Shown: positions 39,606-49,316, counted from the first letter of the stretch. The stretch is DNA of 64,000 bases from Candidatus Bathyarchaeia archaeon (GCA_038849555.1 JAWCMT010000003.1:1956-65955), one strand, 5' to 3'. Notes: generated by a model from the letters alone, not told the origin. A program made the numbers and translations.

Positions 39606-39879
39606 TTTTTAAACGACCTGCATTTATTAGATTATTTTTGGCTAATAAATTTTTATTCGAAAAACAAATAACAAAAACACATGGTAATAGATAAAAATTG
39701 TAGACATATATTCCTTTAATGATAGTAGTCTGCTGAATGATTTATTGAGCCACGTATGCACCAATAAACATTTCATAATATAATCAAGCTCTAAAGGAGA
39801 TCATCAATCTATTGAATTGATGATTTAATAAAGGTTTAAGAGCAAAGACTTAGTAGTTAAAGGAAAAGAGTGATGGTGT

Positions 39880-40689
39880 ATGGCGGATAAAATTGCTGTG
39901 ATAGGCGCTGGGATGATTGGCGGCGCCATCGTGAAAAGCCTGCTGAAAAGCGGTTACACAGGCAAGATTTTAGCCACGGATTATCAGCCAGAAAGGATTA
40001 AGGCGATGGAGGAGTTAGGCGTAGCGGCAACGAGGGATAACCATAAAGCTGCTGCGGACGCGGACATAGTTTTCGTCTGCGTTAAACCTGGCGACGTGGA
40101 GAAGGTTCTGAAGGAGATAAGCAAGGAAATTGCTGGTAAGCTTGTGATATCCACGGCTGCGACGGTGCCCTTAAAGTTTTACAAGCAGACAGTGCCCAAT
40201 GCCAAGTTTGTTAGGATAATGCCTAACATCGCGGTTATGGTACAGGCGTCTTACACGGCTTACTGCTGCGGAGAAAACGTTACCCAAGAGGACAAGAAGA
40301 AGGTTAAGGCACTGTTGGATATGATGGGAATCTGCGAGGAAATCGATGAGAAATATATGGATGCCATAACGGCTTTAACGGGCAGCGGACCCGGGTATCT
40401 CTCCATCATAATTGAGGCTTTAATGTACGCTGGATTAAAGGTTGGTTTGCCGCGGAACGTCGCCTTGTATGGCGCAGCCCAAGCGGTTCTGGGCACGGGC
40501 AAACTGGTCTTGGAGCTGCAGGAGCATCCTGCCCGAATAAAGGATATGGTTACAACACCCAACGGCACAACCATCGAGGCGATATATCAGCTTGAGGGCA
40601 GCTCAATTCGGCAGTCGCTTATGCGGGCGGTTGAGGAAGCCGCCAAGAAAAGCCAGCGCATTCGAGAAATGCTGGGCATGCCGCAGTAA
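39880..40689 (+). CDS. proC: Pyrroline-5-carboxylate reductase
   Basis: 269 aa with motifs IGAGMIGGAI, RIMPN and SGPGY, and a C-terminal TTPNGTT motif. Confidence 0.9.
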   Translation: MADKIAVIGAGMIGGAIVKSLLKSGYTGKILATDYQPERIKAMEELGVAATRDNHKAAADADIVFVCVKPGDVEKVLKEISKEIAGKLVISTAATVPLKFYKQTVPNAKFVRIMPNIAVMVQASYTAYCCGENVTQEDKKKVKALLDMMGICEEIDEKYMDAITALTGSGPGYLSIIIEALMYAGLKVGLPRNVALYGAAQAVLGTGKLVLELQEHPARIKDMVTTPNGTTIEAIYQLEGSSIRQSLMRAVEEAAKKSQRIREMLGMPQ

Positions 40690-40720
40690 CAACGCTTAAG
40701 CAGAGCGCGCGGGTTCAGTG

Positions 40721-41380
40721 ATGTATGAAGCGGTCATATTCGACTGGGATGGGACGCTGGCTGACACTAGACATGTGGTTGTGGCTTCTTTCCAAAAAGC
40801 GCTCAGAGATATTCAATGTGAAATAAGCGGCGACTTCATTGAGAAGCGTATTGGAATAGGTGCTGCGGAAACTTTTAGGGAGATATTGCGCTTCTCTAAG
40901 CGACCTTTTGATGAGGCGTTGATTAGGCTTCTTGTGGCGAAGAAGATTCAGAACGAGATTGACTTGAGCGCGGATGTGCACTTATTCGATGGCTCGTTGG
41001 AGTTGCTGGAGCAGCTGCACGGCAGAGTCAAGTTGGGTTTGGCTTCCATGAACGACCGCGAAGTCATCGAGCACCTGCTTAAGACAACTAATACGCGGCG
41101 CTTTTTTGATGCAGTGCTTACAGCAGCTGATATAGCGCGGTCAAAGCCTGACCCCGAAATCTTCTTGAAATGCGCCTCTAAGCTGGGCATCAGCGCTGAA
41201 AAATGCGTGGTTTTTGAAGACTCGATTTTCGGCGTGAAGGCGGCTAAAGCGGCGGGGATGGCGTGCGTCGCGGTTACTACGGGCGTTTATCCGCGGGAGA
41301 CGCTTGAGAAGGAGAAGCCTGATTTGGTTGTAGCTTCTTTGAGAGAAAGCGGCAAGATTCTTAGCTTCATTTTCCAGTAA
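40721..41380 (+). CDS. HAD-superfamily hydrolase (beta-phosphoglucomutase / phosphatase subfamily IA)
   Basis: It has the motif set FDWDGTLADT, S(A)SMN, K and FEDS..G..AA.AAGM. Confidence 0.8.
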   Translation: MYEAVIFDWDGTLADTRHVVVASFQKALRDIQCEISGDFIEKRIGIGAAETFREILRFSKRPFDEALIRLLVAKKIQNEIDLSADVHLFDGSLELLEQLHGRVKLGLASMNDREVIEHLLKTTNTRRFFDAVLTAADIARSKPDPEIFLKCASKLGISAEKCVVFEDSIFGVKAAKAAGMACVAVTTGVYPRETLEKEKPDLVVASLRESGKILSFIFQ

Positions 41381-41563
41381 TACTGCATACACTATTTTGG
41401 CTTTGATTCTCTCTATTCTTTCGGTTGCAGTCTTATCTGGCAAGCAATTCAGTTTTTATGTCATTTTCAGCTTTCTTGAAACAAATATTGACGTGGAGTA
41501 GAGGTTTGTTCCGCAAGTGTTATTAACGGTTGCAGCGCTAATAGTTAATTGCGGGAAGGGAGA

Positions 41564-41731
41564 ATGCGAGAGGACAGACTTGTTTCTATTACGCAGGTCA
41601 CTTGCGACCATGCAAAACAGCGGAGCTACACGCAAACACGCTTCGACATCCTAAACGGCTTCGAGATAACTCTGGTCAGATGCATCAACTGTCATAAGGT
41701 TCTATCCTTCGAAGCGAAGAAACTCCGCTGA
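41564..41731 (+). CDS. Small hypothetical protein with a CxH...CxxCH pattern
   Basis: 55 aa from an ATG preceded by GGGAAGGGAGA. I recognise no family. Confidence 0.3.
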   Translation: MREDRLVSITQVTCDHAKQRSYTQTRFDILNGFEITLVRCINCHKVLSFEAKKLR

Positions 41732-41752
41732 ACATGTCGTTTTTCGGCAGTT

Positions 41753-42400
41753 TTAGGAGAAGCCTATTGCTTGCAGAAGCTGCGGAATTAGCACAATGGC
41801 GATTATGAGATAGACAATGAATAGTGCTATGGTTATTAGTAGGTTGCGCAAGACGTTTTTGCCCCATGCTGCGCCGAAGGGCACACCGATGAGGAAGCCG
41901 ATAACATGCGAAACGTAAGCGATGTTGCCCTCTACGCCGTAGTAGACAGCGAAGACATTGTAGATGAAGTAGATGAGCGCTACAAGGCCGATGGGCATGA
42001 GGAATAGGAAGGAGAATTTTAGGGGTTTAACCAGCATGGCGACAGCGGCCAGTGTAAATATGGCGGCTGAAGCTCCGATTAGGAAGGTTTCCGGCGAATA
42101 GAAGAACACGCCCAAGAGGAACGAGAGCGTACCGCCGATGAAGAAGGCTGACAGCGTCTTTCCGGCGCCAAGCTCCTTCTCAAGCGTATTGCCGAAAACG
42201 AAGAGAAAAAGCATGTTGCCGAGCAAATGCGCGAGGTCGGCGTGGAGGAAAAGCGCCGTGGCTAAAGTCCATGCTCTGCCTTTGAGGAGGTTTTCACCGC
42301 TGAAAGCCAGCTGCGCCATGACTGCGTCCGGGTTTTCCGCGAGCCAAAGCAACAGCGAAGCCGCAATGCAGAGGAGGATTAGCAGATTAGTTTTGCTCAA
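41753..42400 (-). CDS. Rhomboid-family intramembrane serine protease
   Basis: 215 aa and six TMs, with HADLAHLLGNM, the GASAAIF catalytic Ser motif, and a downstream His in HVIGFL. Confidence 0.8.
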   Translation of the reverse strand: MSKTNLLILLCIAASLLLWLAENPDAVMAQLAFSGENLLKGRAWTLATALFLHADLAHLLGNMLFLFVFGNTLEKELGAGKTLSAFFIGGTLSFLLGVFFYSPETFLIGASAAIFTLAAVAMLVKPLKFSFLFLMPIGLVALIYFIYNVFAVYYGVEGNIAYVSHVIGFLIGVPFGAAWGKNVLRNLLITIALFIVYLIIAIVLIPQLLQAIGFS

Positions 42401-42666
42401 GCCTATCCGCTTTTGTAATTGGCTGGAGATTTTTTAAAGCTTGCTTGGCAAACTGGCGTCATTCTGCACTGTTGTGCGCGGCACAGTTTATAGACCTTTC
42501 AATATAAAGAGTTCAAAATGCCTTTGGAAACGTAAACAGCCGATAGAAACTATACCCTCTATAGGTTTCTGCATTGATTGGCTATTAGCCGCCAAATATG
42601 AAGGCGCATCTATGTAATATAGCTTAATGTTTTCCAATTTTATTAAGGGTGTGTCTATTGGCTTGT

Positions 42667-43509
42667 TCAGTTTCTTTTGAACTGTTTGGTTACTTTTTCG
42701 ATTTTTTCGCCCACGATTTGCGCTTCAATGCTTCCCAAGCCTTTTTGGCTGGCGCGTCTTATGTGGCTTATCTCGTGTGGATTGAACCCCATGGCTCGGC
42801 AGGCAGCGGCGTCAGTGGCTACTGGGTCTTTTCCCGCGATGATGAGGTTCATCTTTACTGGTGTGCCGTCTATGGGGCCTTTGCCTTCCATGCCCACGAA
42901 ACCATCGATAACCGTTAGCGCGGGCTTAAGCACTGTGTTTATGTCAACTACTACTTTGCTTATGCCTTTCAAATGGTATTTGCCTTTAAATTTCTCAGGA
43001 AGCAGCCCGAACATGTTTTTCATGCCTAACGTTACGCCTGTGTCCACATGTGTTTTTAGCTTAGCAGCGCTGATGACGGCGGATTCGGTAACGATTCGCG
43101 GCACAGTTATGCTCTTGAGCGCTTCTCCGTCAGGTATAGGAAGGGTAACCTTATCTTTAACGTGCCGCAGGTTAAGCCATTCAACACCGTTACGCTGGCA
43201 CATGTCCTTCATACCCGTAACTTCGAAGGCTTTATCCGCGTTGGTGATGGTGGCATCCGACTCGACCACGTAGATTTTCACGGGCAACTCCTCAAGCTTC
43301 TTGATTATGGCCTCCACCACCACGGGGTCGGTTGTTGCCCCCGTATCCCAAGTTTTGTTGGTTATGAAGTTAACTTTGATGAGCACTTTATCGTAGCCGA
43401 CAAGAGCGCTCTTATAGTCGATCAGGTCCAAGGCTTTGAAAACTGGTGCATGACCCCGGTCGCCTTTAACAACAGCTACAACGGGAAGCTCTGGCATACA
43501 CATATACAC
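42667..43509 (-). CDS. DUF362-domain protein, last gene of the mfn operon
   Basis: 280 aa. The DUF362-like layout is KVNF......TDP.VV.A.I..L, VVESD and GPIDGTP. It lies 25 nt downstream of mfnE on the same strand. Confidence 0.65.
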   Translation of the reverse strand: MYMCMPELPVVAVVKGDRGHAPVFKALDLIDYKSALVGYDKVLIKVNFITNKTWDTGATTDPVVVEAIIKKLEELPVKIYVVESDATITNADKAFEVTGMKDMCQRNGVEWLNLRHVKDKVTLPIPDGEALKSITVPRIVTESAVISAAKLKTHVDTGVTLGMKNMFGLLPEKFKGKYHLKGISKVVVDINTVLKPALTVIDGFVGMEGKGPIDGTPVKMNLIIAGKDPVATDAAACRAMGFNPHEISHIRRASQKGLGSIEAQIVGEKIEKVTKQFKRN

Positions 43510-43534
43510 TCATGCTTGCCTATAAAAAATAGTG

Positions 43535-44209
43535 TTATTTTCCCGGAGCGATAAGTGTGCAAATAGTGTGTTGACCGGCCAAGATGGCGGCTACTCTTTC
43601 AGGATAGTTCCCGTTAACTACGTAGCACTTTATTGGCGATTCTAAAAGCAGCTTAGGCAAGTGACGGTCAACGCTGGTTCGCTTATTCAGCCTTAGCAAC
43701 TCCTCGGCTGATAATCGCTCTATACGCGCTGTATCCGCGTACTGTTTTGGGTCGTCTGTGAAAATGCCATCCACATCAGTAGCCAGCAACAGTTTGGCTG
43801 CGCCCAAGCGGCTGGCAACATAAGCGGCAATGGAGTCTGAAGTGACATCCCAAGAATTCTCCAAAGAATCTTCCTTGAACATTAGCCGCGATGGCAAAAA
43901 GATGGGCGCAGCGCCGGTCTCTGCCAGCTGCCGCGCTTTGCTGAGCAGGTATGTCGCAACCGAGTTTGGAATTAACTGCGTCAGCGCTAGCCCATATTGG
44001 TCCATGGCTAGAATCGCCATTCTATGCGCGAGCATGCTGGACAAAGCGAAGCGCCTATCAAAATCTCTCACAATGTCAGCGAATCGCCCGCCGCCCGGCA
44101 CAACCGTGATAGCGTATTTCCTTGATAGCTCGCTTAGCTGAGTGCATAACGCTTTCAGCTGCGCCGGGTTCTCGGCTAGGCTGCCGCCTACTTTTATCAC
44201 TGCTTCCAT
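43535..44209 (-). CDS. mfnE: Amino-acid-kinase-fold protein, candidate [5-(aminomethyl)furan-3-yl]methyl phosphate kinase
   Basis: 224 aa with the N-terminal AA-kinase signature IKVGGSL..., VVPGGG and TDVDGIF. The operon context with mfnA/B/D/F supports the call. Confidence 0.6.
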   Translation of the reverse strand: MEAVIKVGGSLAENPAQLKALCTQLSELSRKYAITVVPGGGRFADIVRDFDRRFALSSMLAHRMAILAMDQYGLALTQLIPNSVATYLLSKARQLAETGAAPIFLPSRLMFKEDSLENSWDVTSDSIAAYVASRLGAAKLLLATDVDGIFTDDPKQYADTARIERLSAEELLRLNKRTSVDRHLPKLLLESPIKCYVVNGNYPERVAAILAGQHTICTLIAPGK

Positions 44210-45258
44210 TTGATGATTCGCCCTTCAAGTTTGCTTGCCATCATCAACGCGACGCCAACAGCAGGCGACGCCACGGTTGCATCGCCACTTAGCAGTTCGC
44301 CAAGGTCGATGATTTTATCCGCGCCGATTTTTTCCGCAGCCGCTCTTGCAAGAAAGTTCTTGCCGATGCCTGTGACGACGACTGGAACTTCACCGTTTGC
44401 AAGCGCTTTTACCCGTGAATAAACCTCGTTGAGTCCCTCGGCGACTTGTTCAACCTGCTTGCTGTAAATGTAGCGTGCCATCTCAAGAAGCTCCTGCTCG
44501 GTTAGCATCTCAATGTCTGCGCAGACAACGCGTGCAAGCCGCGCCATAGCTTCATGCAGTGTTTTCCCTCGGCCATCCGCAGTTTCTGAAGTGTACTCCT
44601 TAGTCGTGATGTTGCCCAAGATTAGATGCACATCGCCGGACTGCGCAAACAGTTCAGATGAAACCCGTGCGCGGCCGTTTCTAATCGGAACAGAGCGTAC
44701 AATTGAGGCGACGTTGGTTCGCAGTGTGCCCGTGTAAACAAGCTCGCCGCATTTTAGCTTCTCAAGGTCAGTTTTACCCGCTGCGGCAACGCGCCCGTCA
44801 ACGATGGGGATTATGCTGGTGCTTGTGCTTCCAATGTCCACTATGACGCAGGTTTTTATTAACTGAGAAACCATCCAGCCCGTCGCAGCCCAATTAGCCG
44901 CGGCTACGCGAAGCGGCTCCATTTTCGCTGAGTCTATGGGCCTTAAAGTGGCGTCCACGTCTAAAACGAAGATTGGCACATCCGCAAACGCCTCAGACGT
45001 GCATGTTAGGAGGTGGTTGACGCCTTCACGTTTCGTTTGATAAGCATCCGATAACTCAGCAGTCATAGTTACGCCGACACCGTCAAGCTGTGCTGCACCG
45101 CTTAACCGCTTCTTCAACGCCAGAAGCACATTGACAAGCTTGCCCTTATCCTTCCACACTGGGAAATATTCACTTGCCGTTTTAAGCTCCGCTACCTCGC
45201 CATCCTTGGTGCATAAGAAAGCCGCCTTGGTATTGGCGCCGCCAATATCCAAACCCAT
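44197..45258 (-). CDS. mfnF: Hydantoinase/oxoprolinase-like, H4MPT-linked C1 transfer pathway-type protein, candidate MfnF
   Basis: 353 aa with ASKHA-fold motifs (GLDIGGANTK, VDIGSTSTS). It overlaps mfnE by 13 nt. Confidence 0.6.
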   Translation of the reverse strand: MGLDIGGANTKAAFLCTKDGEVAELKTASEYFPVWKDKGKLVNVLLALKKRLSGAAQLDGVGVTMTAELSDAYQTKREGVNHLLTCTSEAFADVPIFVLDVDATLRPIDSAKMEPLRVAAANWAATGWMVSQLIKTCVIVDIGSTSTSIIPIVDGRVAAAGKTDLEKLKCGELVYTGTLRTNVASIVRSVPIRNGRARVSSELFAQSGDVHLILGNITTKEYTSETADGRGKTLHEAMARLARVVCADIEMLTEQELLEMARYIYSKQVEQVAEGLNEVYSRVKALANGEVPVVVTGIGKNFLARAAAEKIGADKIIDLGELLSGDATVASPAVGVALMMASKLEGRIIKWKQ

Positions 45259-45272
45259 AACGTTAACCAGCG

Positions 45273-46502
45273 CTATTCGCCTCCCTGCGCCGCTTCGAAA
45301 ACGCGTTTTTCAGCTTCGCGAAACCTTGCAGCCGCGGCGTTCACTGTGGCTCCATAAGCGGAAATAAGCGCGCACGCTCTGCTGTTTGAAAGCGGAAAAG
45401 GCGGAGCAACAACCTCGCTTATCGCATACATTGCCTGAAGGGCTTTCGACGTTGGCGGCGGCAGCTCAACCTTCGAGAAAAGGGCGTACCCGCATGTTTG
45501 CACACTGGTTGGCAGCTGCCGTTTTAGGACAGCGTTTACAATGACCTCTGCGGGGTTAAAGTTGACAATACGTCGCAGTCCAACGTAGGAGGTGGTTAAT
45601 CGCGGGTTAACCTCGACTACAAAGGCTTCATCGTTGGTCAGAATCAAATCTACCCCGACATATCCTTTGAGACCACGGAAAGATTTAACAATTTTTTCCG
45701 CCGTTGCAAACGCCTTAGACCGCAGTGAATCCTCAAAAGGTGCTAGACCGCCGCGGTAGCTTGAAGTTGCATCAGGCGTTCCGAGCTCGATGTCTTGGCG
45801 ATTCAGGCTTATTGGCATGACATCTCGGCCAGTGGTGATTAAGCTAACGCTGACAGCCGCGCCGCGGATGAACTCTTGAACCAGAAAATGCTTACTCACA
45901 CATTCCCACAGGATTTTGGCCATTGCCGCGACTATTTGCTGCTCATTTCTGACGAGGCTCAAGCCGCCGCAGCTAACATCACATGAAGGCTTAAACACTA
46001 AAGGAAAACGCAGTTTTCCCCTGACAGCCCGCTTAACCTCATCCACAGCCGCATCTGCGCTGAACACCACTGTTTCAGGCGTAGGCACGTCGTTTTCGCT
46101 TAATAATTCATGGAGAAAGGCCTTATCGGCAACTTTACCTATGACACTGGCTTCACAGTTCAGCGAGACACCGCCTGCTTGCTCAACTAGTTCCAGAAGC
46201 GACTGCAACACACCTTCAGATTCCGGCGCGATTACATAAACGGCGTCAGCAGAAGACGCGTTTCTGCAGATTACCTCTTGGGCCTCATGCGGCGCCAAGA
46301 CGGGCACTATGCAGTCAACATCGAGAGGCGGCTTTAACTTTGCAATTCGCGAATCAAGTAACGCAGTCACATGGTGCTCTGCGGCTTTGAAATCTGCCGC
46401 CAAACTGCGCAACATGCTGAAGCCTTCACTTAACACGCTTGGCGGAATTGGCGTGCCAGCAAAGCCTCCGCCAGAAACGTGCTCGTAAATTAGAACCTTC
46501 AA
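45273..46502 (-). CDS. mfnD: ATP-grasp ligase, candidate tyramine-L-glutamate ligase
   Basis: 409 aa. A pre-ATP-grasp N-terminus (KVLIYEHVSGGG....EGFSML..L..DF) precedes the ATP-grasp core. It overlaps mfnA by 4 nt. Confidence 0.6.
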   Translation of the reverse strand: MKVLIYEHVSGGGFAGTPIPPSVLSEGFSMLRSLAADFKAAEHHVTALLDSRIAKLKPPLDVDCIVPVLAPHEAQEVICRNASSADAVYVIAPESEGVLQSLLELVEQAGGVSLNCEASVIGKVADKAFLHELLSENDVPTPETVVFSADAAVDEVKRAVRGKLRFPLVFKPSCDVSCGGLSLVRNEQQIVAAMAKILWECVSKHFLVQEFIRGAAVSVSLITTGRDVMPISLNRQDIELGTPDATSSYRGGLAPFEDSLRSKAFATAEKIVKSFRGLKGYVGVDLILTNDEAFVVEVNPRLTTSYVGLRRIVNFNPAEVIVNAVLKRQLPTSVQTCGYALFSKVELPPPTSKALQAMYAISEVVAPPFPLSNSRACALISAYGATVNAAAARFREAEKRVFEAAQGGE

Positions 46503-47686
46503 ATCCTCGCCTCGCGGGCATTATGGTTTTGAACCGCCGCGTTTGGCTGGGCGATTTGGCGCAAAGCATCCAGAAACTCCACGGCATGCCGCCTTTTCAA
46601 ATGTGGCATAACCACAACTCTGATGCAGTCAAGACGCGGAATATAGGATACGAACCAGCCGCGCTGCCGTAGTCTTTCGCACAATTGCTTTGCATCTGCG
46701 GCTTTAAAAGCCACGATGTTCAACTGTGGCTGAGCGACAAGCGTGAAGCCTAAAGCCTCAAGCCGCGAGGACAAAAACTTTGTTAGCCGCATACAGCGCT
46801 GAATTGTTTTTTTGAAGCCTTCGCGACCTAAATGCTCAAAAACTGCCCATGTAGCCGCTGCAGAAGCACCTGACCTTGTGCCCGCAAACGTGTACTGCCA
46901 CTCTTCAGTCAGGTAAGGCGTTTCCGTTTTGATGTGCTCTAGAAATGTGCTGTCGCGGAATAGGATGCCGCCTGCGGGAATAGGCGTCATACCCATTTTA
47001 TGCGGGTCAACAGTGATGGATTTTACGCCTTCCAAGCGGAAGTCAAATTCTTTGGCTTCGTAGCCAAGGTCGTTTAGGAATGGGATTATTAGGCCGCCGA
47101 AGGCTGCATCCACATGCAAGTGAACGCCGTGAGCCGCGGCAATCGCGGAGAGCTTGTCAATTGGGTCAACTGCTCCTAGCTCAGTGGTCCCCGCCGTGCC
47201 GATGATGGCGACAGTGTTCCGCGAAATGCATTTCTCTATGGATGATGGCTTAACGCGGTATGCGTCGTCTAAACTTGCATAGACAGGTTTTAGCCCAAGC
47301 AAGTTGCAGATTTTCTTGAAGGAAAAATGCGCAGATTCTGGCAGAACAACCTCAGGAGCATGTACGCCAGCCATGTTTCTCGCCGCCCATAGCGCCAGCA
47401 GATTCGCCTCTGTGCCGCCTGACACAATGAAGCCAACGCTGTTTTCGCCGTTAAGGAGCGCCGCGAGCCGCTGAATAGCTTCTTTTTCCAGCTTTAGGCT
47501 GCCGGGGAATAATCCTGCATCTCCAAGGTTAGCGCTTAAAAACCAGCGGTGCGCTGTTCGCGCTATTCCATGCGGTTCAGTGCACATTGCGCATAGGATT
47601 CTGCCATCCTCATAACGTCGGTCTTGTTCCAGAAACTTTTTCAGCTCAGCCAGCACCGCTTTTCGGCTAAGCCCCTTATCACGCAT
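46499..47686 (-). CDS. mfnA: PLP-dependent L-tyrosine/L-aspartate decarboxylase
   Basis: 395 aa with motifs SGGTEANL, HVDAAFGG and the PLP-lysine motif DPHKMG. Confidence 0.85.
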   Translation of the reverse strand: MRDKGLSRKAVLAELKKFLEQDRRYEDGRILCAMCTEPHGIARTAHRWFLSANLGDAGLFPGSLKLEKEAIQRLAALLNGENSVGFIVSGGTEANLLALWAARNMAGVHAPEVVLPESAHFSFKKICNLLGLKPVYASLDDAYRVKPSSIEKCISRNTVAIIGTAGTTELGAVDPIDKLSAIAAAHGVHLHVDAAFGGLIIPFLNDLGYEAKEFDFRLEGVKSITVDPHKMGMTPIPAGGILFRDSTFLEHIKTETPYLTEEWQYTFAGTRSGASAAATWAVFEHLGREGFKKTIQRCMRLTKFLSSRLEALGFTLVAQPQLNIVAFKAADAKQLCERLRQRGWFVSYIPRLDCIRVVVMPHLKRRHAVEFLDALRQIAQPNAAVQNHNAREARI

Positions 47687-47688
47687 GA

Positions 47689-48444
47689 TTAAAACTCCTT
47701 GGGCTTTGGTGCGGTCTTTGCCTCTGCGCGTCTGACTACCTCAACAAGCTCCTGGACTCTTTTTCTAGTAATTCTGCCGTTTACTCGGTCGTTTTGTGTG
47801 CATGCAGCGCCTCTTAAGCCAGCCACATCAGCGCCTAAAGCGTAAACAACAGGCAAGTCTTCTTTTCTCAGTGAGCCAGCTAATGCCGCTTCTAAACGGT
47901 AATTGTGTGCTGCCTCAACGAAGCGCGTAAGCTGCTCCATTGTTAGGAAGTCGAAGAGGCGTTTGCCATCTTTAACTGCCGTGTCAAGCATGGCCACGTC
48001 AGCTTGGGCTTTATAGGCTATCTCGGGCACGAGCAACGGGTCGATTGCGCAGGCTCTTTCAGCGTCAGCGTAGCCGGCGGCAACCACTTTGATGGAAGAA
48101 GCAAATTCCTTGACCGCCCTTACAATGTGCTGCATGAGGTAAACGGCTTCTTTAGGCGTTTTCAACCCGCAGAGTCCAGCTTTGACGTAGTTTACGCCTG
48201 TTGACGCCGCGCCACGAGCAGCCAATGACGCCGCGCCTGGCAGATTAGGCAACTCGCCTATGGTGCAGCTTACTTCAACGTTTGCTGGTGCAAGCTCTCG
48301 GATGCGCTTTATTACCCATGGGAAGTTGGCGCCTAACGCGCCTTCACGCGGGTTCTTGACGTCAATTATGTCGGCGCCTCCGAGGATGACTTCCACGGCT
48401 TCTGCTTCGTTCATTGGGCTTATTAGTAGCTTCAATTTAATCAT
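47689..48444 (-). CDS. mfnB: (5-formylfuran-3-yl)methyl phosphate synthase
   Basis: 251 aa. The sequence LLISPMNEAEA......GADIIDVKNPREGALGA..PWVI is the signature I associate with the MfnB (MJ1099-type) class I aldolase-like TIM barrel. Confidence 0.75.
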   Translation of the reverse strand: MIKLKLLISPMNEAEAVEVILGGADIIDVKNPREGALGANFPWVIKRIRELAPANVEVSCTIGELPNLPGAASLAARGAASTGVNYVKAGLCGLKTPKEAVYLMQHIVRAVKEFASSIKVVAAGYADAERACAIDPLLVPEIAYKAQADVAMLDTAVKDGKRLFDFLTMEQLTRFVEAAHNYRLEAALAGSLRKEDLPVVYALGADVAGLRGAACTQNDRVNGRITRKRVQELVEVVRRAEAKTAPKPKEF

Positions 48445-48581
48445 ATTGAAGCGGAATTCCTAAACCTTTAAAGTTTTTGTCACCAGCACCCTATATAAGG
48501 ATGTTGCCGTAGCCAGAAGCAGCTAATAAGGGGTAACTTTTCTATATAATCAAGCGCAACCACAGCCTAGAGGAAAAACCC

Positions 48582-49316
48582 TTGAAGATAATACCCGTCA
48601 TAGATATTCGCAACGGCATAGTAGTTCACGCAGTACGCGGCAGAAGGGAAGAGTATCAACCGCTCAAAAGCCGCCTATGCGCCTCCGCAGACCCGCTGGC
48701 TGTCGCTGCAGCGTTTAAGAGGCTGGGTTTCAGCGAGCTTTATGTAGCCGACTTGGACGCCATATTAGGCGGGAAAGCGAACAGCGCAATTTTAAGCGGC
48801 ATCGCAGAGAAAACTGGACTGGAGCTTATAGTTGACGCGGGCGTTGATAGCCTCGAAAAGACAAAACTGCTGCTGGAAAATCATGTTTCAAAGATTATCA
48901 TTGGAACAGAAACCTTGCCAGCTATTAGCCTCGTGGCTGACGCCGTACGCGTATTCGGAAACGAAAAAGTGGTAGTTAGCCTCGACTTGATCAATAACCA
49001 GCTGCTCAGCCATCTTGACCCAGCAATGCACATGCAGCCATTAACGCTTTTACGCAGGTTTCAAGAAGCCGGAGTTTCACAAGTTATCATCTTGGACTTG
49101 GCAAGGGTTGGCAGCGGAGAAGGCGTGAACATGCACTTCGTAGAAGAGGCGCTGAGAGCTTTCCATGGCGAAGTGTTTGTGGGCGGCGGAGTGCGAGACA
49201 TCAGCGACTTGCTTGCACTAAAAAGCGCTGGCGTAGCAGGCGTTCTGGTTGCAACGGCTTTGCATTCGGGGAAAATTTCTGTGAGAGAGCTTAAGCACGC
49301 CAAGCTACTCTCGTAA
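48582..49316 (+). CDS. HisA/HisF-related TIM-barrel protein (TTG start), divergent from the mfn operon
   Basis: 244 aa with motifs IPVIDI..G..V, Y.ADLDA and GGGVR, typical of the HisA/HisF fold. No other histidine-biosynthesis genes are nearby. Confidence 0.65.
   Translation: MKIIPVIDIRNGIVVHAVRGRREEYQPLKSRLCASADPLAVAAAFKRLGFSELYVADLDAILGGKANSAILSGIAEKTGLELIVDAGVDSLEKTKLLLENHVSKIIIGTETLPAISLVADAVRVFGNEKVVVSLDLINNQLLSHLDPAMHMQPLTLLRRFQEAGVSQVIILDLARVGSGEGVNMHFVEEALRAFHGEVFVGGGVRDISDLLALKSAGVAGVLVATALHSGKISVRELKHAKLLS

Noticed and set aside
39715-39830. C/D-box sRNA-like strings (AATGATAG…CTGA…ATGATTT and TTGATGATTT) in the AT-rich spacer upstream of proC
   Set aside because: The box spacing does not fit the C-12nt-D'/C'-12nt-D architecture, and terminal pairing is absent. 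They are probably chance matches in AT-rich promoter DNA.
42545-42570. Imperfect inverted repeat AGAAACTATA-ccctc-TATAGGTTTCT between the DUF362 and rhomboid genes
   Set aside because: The stem is short, bulged and A/T-rich. It could be a weak terminator, but there is nothing to distinguish it from chance.
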